From NCBI GenBank assembly GCA_032718475.1, contig JAUCBJ010007659.1, forward strand, positions 1-64,000: a stretch of DNA of 64,000 bases, in the 5' to 3' direction. This document shows positions 11,001 through 21,476 of the stretch, in pieces. The position numbers were made by a program, and so were the translations under genes. Under the pieces are notes generated by a model. It was given only the letters and a program-made list of their open reading frames with translations. It made no database searches and had not been told where the DNA came from. Position 1 is the stretch's first letter, and each line of letters opens with the position of its first letter. This DNA comes from Nemertoderma westbladi. Lineage: Eukaryota > Animalia > Xenacoelomorpha.

Positions 11001-14000
11001 CGGTGAATCTACCTCATCATGGTGATCACGCCGAAGTTTTAAAGAGTGTAATAAGACGTTTAAACATGCGTTATCGACAGAAATGGCGCAAATTAGAGAA
11101 TAAGTTGGAGGGTCAAGGTAAAGTATTGACACTTCAACACATTCATGACATGATAGCCACAGACGCAGTAGCAGAGATGAAATCAAACTTCTCAGAAGAG
11201 AATATGAGAGAGTCTAAACCTGTTACCGGTAAGTCTATGGTAAGTTTTGACGATGACAGGACCACTGTGACATTTAACTCAGTAGACAGATATAATTCGA
11301 ATACCCCAGCCTTTAGATCAGACTCGCGAGTATGGTCAGGTGAGCGGTTAGATAGACCTAGGTTAAAGCAACAGGAGTTGCCGGATGGATTTGTAGGTTG
11401 CCAATACTGTTTACTAAAGGAGGTAAGATCTGATGACCATAAGTTAGATAGTTGCAGACGGTTCAAAGAATTAAATTCGGAACAGAGAAGAGTTCAAGTG
11501 CGGACGTTGGACACCTGTTGGGCATGTCTTGCGCCAGGCCATGTACGGCGGCAGTGCCCGAACAGCAAGGACGGATGCATGGAATGCGGCAGACTACATC
11601 ACAAGTTGCTACATGCGGATTTCCATACCCCAACGGACCGTTACTTACAGCGAAATCCTCAAAGGAAGGGGAGCAAAGAACCCATATCGATAAGGAGGAA
11701 TACGTATACCGGCATTCAGGACGATGGTTACCAACCAGGTTCGTCGGACGAGGATGGCGAGTCGAGCGCGAGAGAAGTGACCTGCCAAGGTTTCACTGCG
11801 GATAGTTTATCGACCAGCGCGCGGACGTATTTATCATCGGCCACGTCGGAAATATTTAGCGTGATTCCGGTGAAACTCACTGGCGATAAGGGATCGAAGC
11901 GAATATATGTGATGTTGGACACTGCGTCCACATTATCTTATATCGACGAGGAAGTGGCGAGAGCTGTTTCTAGCTTCCAGGACGCCGAGGAGATCCAAAT
12001 AGAGTTGAAGTCTATGCATGGGGTAGGAGACCTCAAGGGACACAGAATTTCGGTAGAACGAGACTCCCTACTTCCGAGAGACCAACATACTCGACAAGAA
12101 CGAAAAGCTTTGCCATTGGACGGATTTAAGTGTCTAGCTATGAAGGGATTCGGCAGGCAGTTAGGTAAGGTGCCACCGATGAGTCCCATAGCACAGGAGT
12201 ATTTTGACAAGCTCAGGATACCCAGACACCAGGTAGGTTATAGGAATGTTTCTATGTTGATTGGTGCAGAACAGCTGATCGCACACCAGATATGGGAAAC
12301 GAGACCAGCTGAGCCGCATGTCAATGGACCACATGCCCATAGGACCATACTAGGTTGGTATACACGAGTACCCATGTCTTATGAGTTTACAGGTGGCGAC
12401 AAGCCGATGGACAGATACGACGAATTACAGCCTATAACTCAACCACCGTTAGTAAAACCACCAGACATAGACGAGTTTAGGAGAACCTGTATTGACCACT
12501 ATAGTGACTTTAGCGAGTCAGACGAGGAGTTGATTCCCGATAATGTTAGGTTGTCGGAACCACTTCATAACGACCGGACAGATAGTGAACCCGAGGACTA
12601 CTGTCATCAGACCCGTGGGTCTGGTTCAGCGGCCCACGCTACCTATTTGACTAACGTTTCGACTTATACAGACATAGTGGAGGGTCAAGTGGCTAAATAT
12701 CGAGACCTAGACATTTTCCAATACAGTGAGGAGGAATTACAGAAGGAATTGATACGCCAGGACCTCGAGACAGGAGCCAGAACCGTCGAATGGCTGGATA
12801 GGGACGCAATGGAACCCGGTGGATATGACCTAGCCATGTCCACTGACGAGAAACGGTCGCTGGAGATGATGGAAGATACCATACGTCTGCTACCGACAGG
12901 ACATTTTGAAGTTGGAATGTTGTGGCGTCGACAACCACCTAAGTTGGAGAACAACTACAACTTAGCCTTGAAAAGATTAAACGGAGTAAGGGCTCGGTTG
13001 TTGAATAATCCGGACATTAGGGAGAAGTATTGCGCCCAGATCAACAACTATTTTGCCAAGGGATTTGCTGGGAAGGTAGAGGACCCTGACTTAGTGACAG
13101 ACCAGACTTATTACCTTCCACACCACTATGTGACTCACCCTGACAAGCCAGACAAAGTCCGAGTAGTCAACGACTGCGCAGCAGTCTATAGAGGTATGTC
13201 CCTGAATTCAGAGTTGATGGATGGTCCCAACCTGAACAACTATTTGATTGGAATATTGTTGCGTTTTAGACAGCAGCGATTCGCATTTACTTGTGACATC
13301 GAGGCGATGTTCCACCAGGTAAGAGCCTGTAAGGCAGACCATGATAGCCTTCGCTTTCTCTGGTATGAGAATGAAGACTTATCCGGCCCAGTGGTTACAT
13401 ACCAGATGTACGTTAGGATATTTGGCGCCCGCGATAGTCCAAATGGCACGCTGTTTGTTCTAAAGAAAACGGCAACAGCCCAGATTGGTAAGTACCCAGT
13501 AGAGGTTATCGAGTCCATCTTGAGAAACTTCTACATGGACGACGGATTGGTGTCCAAGGACACGGCGGAACAAGCCATAGAAGGGGCTCACGGCCTGCAA
13601 GAGTGCTTGGCTACAGGGGGTTTTCCTCTGACCAAGTTCACTACAAACTCGGAGGCCCTATTAGAGTCGTTCCCAGTGAAAGATCGCGGGAGCGGAGACA
13701 TAGAATTGGGGGTAGAACCAATCCCCATGGCGCGAGTACTGGGACTCGCTTGGAACCCGAACTCAGACAAGTTCCAGGTAAGAGTTAGATTTGAGCCCAG
13801 TAGCCCAGACAAAGTTTTGACAAAGAGGATTTGCTTATCGACATTAAGTAGACTATTTGACCCGATGAACTTTATCAGTCCGGTTATATTACAGGCACGA
13901 GCGTGCATGAGGAAAATTTGGTTGTCCGACATAGAGTGGGACGAACCAATATCTCCTATACATGCAAAGCAGTGGAGGGAGTGGGAAGCCGAGTTACATC

Positions 14001-16507
14001 TATTGAAAAACATAGATGTACCCCGTTCCTACTTTCCGAATCAGCTGGTATTTCCAGCTGATCTCGAACTCCACCTATTTAGTGACGCAAGTGACACCGG
14101 CTTTGGTATGGTAGCCTACCTTCGCCGAGAGGTAAGTCAGGACAAATTTGAGACGGCCTTTGTGACTTCTAGATCAAAGACAATGCCAGTCAAATACATG
14201 ACTGTCCCTCGTGCAGAGTTACAGGCGGCTGTAGTTTCAGTCGAGGTAAGTAAGCAAATAACTGAGGAGTTAGACACGACATTGACCTTATTCTATTGGA
14301 CGGACGCATCCTTGGTGTTAGTATACATTGCGGCCGACAATATTGCACTAAAGACATTTGTGGCCAACAGACGCGCTCAGATCGTTGATTTTTCGACGAA
14401 GGAACAATGGAGACATTGTCCGGGAGTGTTAAACCCGGCCAACATAACTTCGAGAGGTGCAATGCCGGCGGAATTCTGTCAGGAAGAGTCGCAGGAGTTT
14501 TGGTTGCATGGACCTGATTTTCTAACGAGGACACAGGAACATTGGCCAGAGCGACTAAAGATTGTGACCAATCCGATGCCTGAAGATGCAGAAGTCAAAG
14601 TGGAGAAAGTCTCTAAGTCAAAGTCTAAAGCCAAACTTAAGTCATTGGAGCGGCCTGAAGAGTCATTGGAGCGGCCTGAAGAGTCATTGGAGCGGCCCGG
14701 AGACCTGTCAGACCAACAGACTTACGTGACTACTAGGTCCGGAAGGGTAAGTTATGATGTAAAACCACCCTTACAGACTAAACCGGAGTCACAATTGGTA
14801 AGTGACGGACAGAAAATGACTGACACAATGGATCCTTTGGTTTCCAAACCTGCGGGTTTGGATTAGAAACTTCCATTAATTAGCGGACAACCGTCGCTGG
14901 CATTAGAATCATGCAGTGTTTATGACAAATTACTAAATTCGTCTGCCTCTTGGCTGACAATTTGTAAAAGAACTGCGTGGTTAAACCGATACATTTCGTA
15001 CCTTTGTTTAAAACATTCGGAACATTTAGGAGAACCATCGAGCGCTAATAGTGAGCGAATTCAGAAATTGAAACAACCTCTGACAGAGGATGAGATTGAT
15101 CAAGCGGAATTAAAGCATTTGAAGCATTATCAAATGTGTGCCTTCCCTAAAGAATTCCATCTATTATCAGCTCAACGACCAGTTCTCTATAAACCCCTTA
15201 GAAAATGGAGTCCATTAATCCATAAGGGTTTGATTTGTCATAGATCGAGAATCCAGACTGTCGACATAAACTCACAGTTTCGGTTCCCAGTGATAATCCC
15301 TAGTCACCCAATAGAATTGCAAAGAGCGATTCTATGGGATATACACAAGAGGTTGGATCACGCGGGAAAGTTACACTGTTTGTCGGCAGCGAGACAGCGA
15401 TTCATTCTATTGCAGCCAAGCAGGGCAGTAGGCACTATGTACGACGCCTGTCTGGTTTGCAAGAGAGTGAACGCCAGAGTATTGGAACAGGAGATGGCTG
15501 AACTCCCGGAAGCGAGAGTGCAGGCATATGACCCACCCTTTACGAACACAGGGGTGGACTGTTTTGGTCTGATTGAGGCAAAGAGTGGACGGCTGACCCA
15601 CAAGCGATGGGGTCTGCTGCTGACATGTATGGCTAGTAGAGCCATACATATCGAGCGTGTGGCAGACATGTCGACCAAATCTCTGCTCCTGGCCTTGAAG
15701 AGATTTATGGCCAGGAGAGGACTAGTATAGGCGTTCTATTCCGATAAGGGTACAAACTTTGTCGGAGGGAATAGCGAGTTGAACGCCGCTCATAAAGCGG
15801 CACAGAATAAGGAAATTTCTGCAGCACTTTTGCCGCAACGAGTAGAGTGGAGATTTAATACTCCAGAAAGTCCTTGGAGAGGAGGAAGTTGGGAGCGTTT
15901 AGTTCGCTCTGTAAAGCAGGCCATTGCCAAAACATTGCCTGTGAACAAACAACTTACCGACGACGAACTGGTCACAGCTTTCATCGAAATCGAGCATACA
16001 TTAAACTCGAGGCCGATAGCTATGTTGCCAGACGGTGTTGCATTAACGCCGAATCATTTGCTAATGCAGAGTCCAGCATTTCTTGTGCCGGCATCAGAAC
16101 CCATTAGTGCCGACCTATATAGTCGTAAAAGCTGGAAGGTGACTCAATTAGTGGCGTACACATTCTGGGAATATTGGCGGGAATACTATCTTCCCACCAT
16201 ATCTACCAGAACAAAGTGGTACAAAACGGTTCGGAGTCTCCAAAGGGGAGATTACGTATTGATAACCGAGCCGATTGTCAAGAGAAAGTATTGGGAGACT
16301 GGAGTGATCTTGCACACACACCCAGACGTGCAAAACATAGTGCGCACAGTCACTGTGAAAATTAGGTGCAAGTGTCCACACCCAAAAAAGTGTAAAACTA
16401 ATGGTTTGCACACCTTGGACCGACCGGTCCAAGATATTGTGTTATTAGAGGAGACACGTATCGAGACGGGAGATTATAATTTGTCTCCTGCCTCAAAACA
16501 GAATTAG
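8024..16507 (+). CDS. BEL/Pao Gag-Pol polyprotein (coiled coil, Gag, 3 Cys/His motifs, protease, RT, RNase H, integrase) interrupted by two in-frame TAG codons
   Basis: ORFs 8024-14866, 15068-15730 and 15779-16507 share one frame. The sequence across the TAGs at 14864 and 15728 stays pol-like (SSASWLTICKRTAWLNRY; RRGLV*AFYSDKGTNFVGG). Motifs: Gag KFMGNHKHWRTF...EKFNYL; CQYC..H..C, CWAC..H..C, CMECGRLHHKLLH; protease LDTAS; RT FYMDD; RNase H FSDAS/RAEL/WTDAS; integrase H..H..CLVC, VDCFG, SDKGTNF, WERL. Confidence 0.93.
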
Positions 16508-17197
16508 TGTTGGACGCAACTCACTTCGTATGCATTCCTCGTATGCAGATACAAGGAAATGCATAGGAGCGGGTTGTGGTGATTTGCGTTGAGTTTTGTC
16601 TGGTGGGCATCAAAACAAAATTTTATTTTCAAAAATTTTTGGAAAATTAAAAAATTTTAAAATTAGAAGTAAACCCAAGACAATTCCAAACGCTGTGTAT
16701 AGACGCGTTTTAGAATTCGTCTATAGATAAACAGTAATTTGAAAGTCGTGAAGCCTGGAAAATAGCATTTAGAAACCATGGTGACGGCTATATTACGTAG
16801 GAGTGTAAATTGAGTTTAGCAACTTCCACAGATTGGTGCCAACAGTGCAACTAAGGTGCTAAAGGTTAGTAGCACCAGAGGCGTACATGGACCCCACTCA
16901 GTAGTTTGCAGTGATGTGTGATGTTCGATTATCAAACCTGTGGGTTTGGTATAGTCGAGTATTGTGGCTATAGTCCTTTCTAACTACTGTAGTTTAGTAC
17001 GAGTAATGGGAGTAGTTTGGGCATCAAAAAGTGAGTTGGTCACGGCCAGTTTATCTCCAAAGTTTTTGCGCTATGCATGGGAATAGGTTAGAGGTTAGTT
17101 AGTTAGGAAGAGACGGGATCTAGAGAGTCGAACCTGAACTGCTGGAAAGCGGGGGGGGGGGGGGGGGGGGTTCGGGAGGTCTGTCTTTCGGCAACAT

Positions 17198-17216
17198 CTA
17201 ACTGATTTACCCACAG
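17198..17216 (+). promoter_or_regulatory. Putative branch point and 3' splice acceptor for a subgenomic ORF2 mRNA
   Basis: CTAAC at 17198-17202 followed by TGATTTACCCACAG (AG at 17215-17216), 60 nt upstream of the ORF2 ATG. Confidence 0.45.
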
Positions 17217-17275
17217 TGTAATTGGTTACGTAACGGCACTTATTGGGATATATATATGTATATACGCGAGGCATA

Positions 17276-20200
17276 ATGGAGAAGGATATTAGAGCGCAAC
17301 CGCGCAGAGGATTTACTGCCAGAGAGGAGGCGGAGCTACCATTCGCGCGACCAGGATGTAAAGACTCTAACGTTTACTACCATGGGCGGTCCGTGATGGA
17401 GCTAAACGGAAAATACAAACCGACTTACGATAAGGAATTACGGAGGGAAAGAATGAGAGCGTTGGGGGACTGGATGGAAGTTTTGCGGAGAGAGTATCGC
17501 ACTCGGTATCCCTACGACTTCGCTTTGGACGTATGTGACATTAGTGCAGACCCGGATGAGGAGATCGCACGACTGTACCATATGAATATGTATTTACGAC
17601 ACGAAGAACCTCTACCTGCAGTCCGAGATCAGTTCGACGGAATGCATCTGTACCGGAGGACTCGAGGCGAGGATCAGGAGACGCCGAAAGTCTTCAGCGT
17701 GTACAAGCTGTTCTACAAGTGTGGTGAATGCATGAATAAGCAAGACGTGGCGATTCCCGACCGACTAGACGAGCAACATCCAGAACCGATATTAACGCGA
17801 TGTCCAGCTCACCAGTTCCTTAGATACAACGAGGGAGGTTACCCGATGAGCAACCCGATGATCAGTATCGACTTCAGCGGAAAGCGACCTCCGAGACCCA
17901 TTACGCCGACCGTTACGACATTAGATCCGTATACGGAGATTAAACCCTGTTCGACACCCAGTTTGATAGAGACGGCAGCGGCCATTTCGCTGTACCGAGC
18001 CTATAAGGATCTAGAGGCGCGGCGCGAAGCGGCACGGGACTCGGGTACCAAACCCGCGGGTTTGGAGCTCTCGAGTCCCTGGACTGCGTTTACTTCACCT
18101 CACCGAGCGAGAAGCCTCACGCCTGAGCATCAGGACGACATAGACGCGTTGCGGCAGGAGGAGCGAGCGGCGAAGGCGAAAGAGTTATTTGAGAATAGGA
18201 TAGCGGAGTATAATAAGGCCGCGGATAGACATCAAGAGGAGACGAGGAGAGTGACCGGATTTGTTCCACAGGTCGTATCTCAACCCCGACCGGTGTATTA
18301 TTCCGACGGCACCGAACCTGCGATATTAGTAGATCATCCGGAGTCGCGAGAAGCGATACGATTCTTGCCGATGGTAAGAATGGCGGATCATTGGAACGTT
18401 GACTGTCTACGGGAAGTTTTATGCGCGAAGTTCTTGCGTGATGTCCCAATGCAGATCACAGATTACGACACATTGGATAAGATTGGAGCTCCGGGGAAGG
18501 AGAGCAAATTATTTGGATGGTTGGATAAGTACATCAAGGTATGGGTCGCGGTGGCTACATTCCCAGACGACGAGGAGGTAGACCAGACGTGGCTGAGGAG
18601 GAAGGGTTCTTATACCCGATATGATGACCACAAGGCTATCGAGCGCATGTGGACCCCATCAGACGAGATTCAGCGTCAGTGGAGGAAAACGGAGGAATCA
18701 CTGCAGGATTGGAGGGTGATGTTCTACGACAATGAAGGAGGGTCCCATCAGGAATGTTTGACCAGCAAGTGTATTCAAATTCGTGCAGCCGATGGTGTGA
18801 CTCATGTGTTTATGCGTGTGAGGGCGGATCGAGAGAGACCGGAGCCCATCATAACGACACAATATCGGAAAGGGAAGGATCCTAGGGAGCAGATTTTGGA
18901 GGTATGCAGGCGAGGAGGTATGCACGGAGCGGAGCGTATCGACGCCAGGATGCTACCCAAGAAAGTTAGAGAGGCTATTCTCAACCAAGATTACGTCAAG
19001 GTGGGATCGGGAGTCCAGAGCGATTTGGAGAGCGACTTCAACGCCATGACTGATCTGGAAGATAGATTGCCGAGACCGTTTGTCGACACCAAGCTATTGT
19101 TGCTATGGGCACAGGATATTGGAATTTATAGGGAGTATCCCAACTCTGCCAAGACTGGTATGGGCTTTATAGCACACTTGTTGTATAATTGGGACTTTAA
19201 GTTAAAGACGCAGAAGAAGTACGAGGAGGCGTATGGCGAATACAACACGCCACCGGGAGCGGAGTTCAAATCCCACTTCAAGCGGCAAGCGTTAGTGTAT
19301 TGGAACATTTGCGCGCCACCCCGTGCGTCGCTACAATATTATTTGGTGCTTGAGTCGAACACGGTGACTTGTTTATTAGCGGATATCGTTGCGCGAGTTT
19401 TGAAGCGTCATCCATTGGTATTCGGAGGAGATCAATACGTTCGCTCGAAAGGGGGAATCCAATCCGACGTGATGAAGCGTTTCTTAACCCCGTTCTTCAA
19501 CCAATCGTTAGAGAATACGTCGATGGTTAGGAGAGGATTAGCGATATTCCAAGGAGTATATCGACAGAACATCGGAGATTTGGGAGACCGACCGTCGATG
19601 GAGTATCCGACGCCAGAGGCTTTGGAGAAGTGGTTCGGGAATCAAACCCGCGGGTTTGGTACTCCCTTCCACTCGGAGGCTGATAGACCTGTTAAGGAGG
19701 GCTGGCCGGAGACGTTAGTAGAGGTGTTCGGAGTAGATCTTCCGGTGGAGAAGACATATCCGAAACGAACGCGGGAGGAAATATTGGAGATAGAGGACAA
19801 GGGCGAGGATGTTTACTTTGTTCCGGATCGACAACCGCTGACCGGAGAGGACGACATCGTATTAGACATTGGGAAAGAAGGAAGTGCGAAACCGATTGGA
19901 GACCTCATATACGAGAGGGCCTGGTTTCCACAAGCGCGTAGGTGCAAGTTGTGCGGCAGCACAAGGCACAATCTAAAGTCGTGCGACGCGGTAGTAGAGG
20001 CGGCGCATAAGGTCTGTCGTTGGTGTAATGAGACCGACCATTCGTTTCACACGTGCACCGTCTTCATTTCTCAATGTGGATATTGTGGGGTAAAGGGACA
20101 TCGTAGCGCGAGATGTCAGCTGCGAGATGATTCCTTCCAAAACCATAGCGCTAACCTACTTCGGGAGATGTTAGATAAGTGGGAGAGTGTGGCTGACTAC

Positions 20201-20878
20201 CATATTCAAGCGCAGATGCGTTGGTTACCATTCAAGGCGGGGTATGGATTTTGGGCGGTAGACCCATCACATGTTGCGTACGAGCCATATCTACAGTCGC
20301 TACCACAATATCAGGAACTCATCCTAACTGCTCAAGACCTTCCACAAAACACTGGAGTTATCGTAGTCCGAGAATACTTCAGACAGTTGAATATGGATAA
20401 TAAGTACACCTGGAACTTCGTTGCTATTTGCGATCGAATCACGAAGGGTGTATTTTCGGAGACTAGAAAAGTGGTACGCGCGCGAGGTGATTGGAGAATG
20501 GCGGCTATACAATACCGCAACGAATTCTTGTTGACTCATGTGCCAGTGGGTTCATTGACCGCTGAGAGGATACAGGAGCAGAGGATCGCAGCGACCACAG
20601 CGACGACCGCTGGAGCTCAAGGCTCGCGGAAAGAACCAGGAGGAGGGGTCCAAGACAAGCGTCAAGTCAAGGACGACCACTATCACTCTATTATAGAAGC
20701 ACAGCGGTTGCAGCGCAAGGCGCAGGGAGCGTCAGAGAAGGCGCGTGTGCAACTGCATAAGGAAGAGTTGGCGGAAGCGACCACGGGAGCACGACAATTG
20801 GGACGAGGCCCGAGGGAGAAGCACGAGCCGGGAATCTGTCGGGGCTCAGGGAGCATCGTCTCCGGTTCCGGGGAGTGA
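17276..20878 (+). CDS. Retrotransposon ORF2 (about 1200 aa): DEDDy/WRN-like 3'-5' exonuclease domain plus three CCHC zinc knuckles
   Basis: Uninterrupted ORF between pol and the 3' LTR, first in-frame ATG at 17276. ExoI-like VMFYDNEG, then CIQI; ExoII-like LPKKVREAILNQDYVKVGSGVQSD; FVDT; KTGMGFIAHLLY; ExoIII-like YWN...P...LQYYLVLE. Knuckles: CKLCGSTRHNLKSC, CRWCNETDHSFHTC, CGYCGVKGHRSARC. Confidence 0.85.
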   Translation: MEKDIRAQPRRGFTAREEAELPFARPGCKDSNVYYHGRSVMELNGKYKPTYDKELRRERMRALGDWMEVLRREYRTRYPYDFALDVCDISADPDEEIARLYHMNMYLRHEEPLPAVRDQFDGMHLYRRTRGEDQETPKVFSVYKLFYKCGECMNKQDVAIPDRLDEQHPEPILTRCPAHQFLRYNEGGYPMSNPMISIDFSGKRPPRPITPTVTTLDPYTEIKPCSTPSLIETAAAISLYRAYKDLEARREAARDSGTKPAGLELSSPWTAFTSPHRARSLTPEHQDDIDALRQEERAAKAKELFENRIAEYNKAADRHQEETRRVTGFVPQVVSQPRPVYYSDGTEPAILVDHPESREAIRFLPMVRMADHWNVDCLREVLCAKFLRDVPMQITDYDTLDKIGAPGKESKLFGWLDKYIKVWVAVATFPDDEEVDQTWLRRKGSYTRYDDHKAIERMWTPSDEIQRQWRKTEESLQDWRVMFYDNEGGSHQECLTSKCIQIRAADGVTHVFMRVRADRERPEPIITTQYRKGKDPREQILEVCRRGGMHGAERIDARMLPKKVREAILNQDYVKVGSGVQSDLESDFNAMTDLEDRLPRPFVDTKLLLLWAQDIGIYREYPNSAKTGMGFIAHLLYNWDFKLKTQKKYEEAYGEYNTPPGAEFKSHFKRQALVYWNICAPPRASLQYYLVLESNTVTCLLADIVARVLKRHPLVFGGDQYVRSKGGIQSDVMKRFLTPFFNQSLENTSMVRRGLAIFQGVYRQNIGDLGDRPSMEYPTPEALEKWFGNQTRGFGTPFHSEADRPVKEGWPETLVEVFGVDLPVEKTYPKRTREEILEIEDKGEDVYFVPDRQPLTGEDDIVLDIGKEGSAKPIGDLIYERAWFPQARRCKLCGSTRHNLKSCDAVVEAAHKVCRWCNETDHSFHTCTVFISQCGYCGVKGHRSARCQLRDDSFQNHSANLLREMLDKWESVADYHIQAQMRWLPFKAGYGFWAVDPSHVAYEPYLQSLPQYQELILTAQDLPQNTGVIVVREYFRQLNMDNKYTWNFVAICDRITKGVFSETRKVVRARGDWRMAAIQYRNEFLLTHVPVGSLTAERIQEQRIAATTATTAGAQGSRKEPGGGVQDKRQVKDDHYHSIIEAQRLQRKAQGASEKARVQLHKEELAEATTGARQLGRGPREKHEPGICRGSGSIVSGSGE

Positions 20879-21476
20879 CGCCTTACGGACGCCGTCAACA
20901 GAGTCTACAGGAGGTAGACTGGTGTATCTGGGCAGGGGGCGAAAGAGAGGAGCGAGCCCGAAGAACCCAGGAGCGGGTCGATAATGCATCGTAGCACAGG
21001 GCGACAGACTCTAGATATATACATCATCGTCGCTCTGATGTATATTGTAGCATTTAGAAATATTCGACTAGACTCATATACACTAGTTGCGCTGTTTTGA
21101 ATTTATATTATGAGAAAGGCGAAGGAAGTGATTGGGGAGACAAACCTGCGGGTTTGGCTTACTCCTTTCACTTGCCCTAGCAAAATTTTTTATATTTGAT
21201 CTTGTATGTAGTAATCATTATGTAGTACGAACGAGAAACAATATTTTGTAAATTTAATTTGTATGTAATTATCGTTAAACAGTAAGAGAGATAATATTTG
21301 TAAATTTAATTTGTATGCAATTCATTATGCAATATCTATAGCAATATTTTGTAAATAGTAGGATTTATAGTATCAAGTATTTAGATTATTTGGAAGAAAT
21401 TTATTTTGTTTTGTATACATCACCTTATACTCTTCTACAGTTGGAGGGAAACATTATATGATTTCCCTTGGAGCGG

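Noticed and set aside
14864-15730. Alternative genetic code (TAG reassigned)
   Set aside because: Only two TAGs occur in about 2800 codons and none in ORF2, and pol itself appears to end at a TAG. Mutation or readthrough is more parsimonious.
8930-16432. Overlapping and antisense ORFs within gag-pol
   Set aside because: They are shadows of the coding frame and its low-complexity E/R region.
17243-20878. ORF2 as an envelope gene
   Set aside because: No signal peptide or transmembrane segment is visible; nuclease-like and CCHC motifs are present instead.
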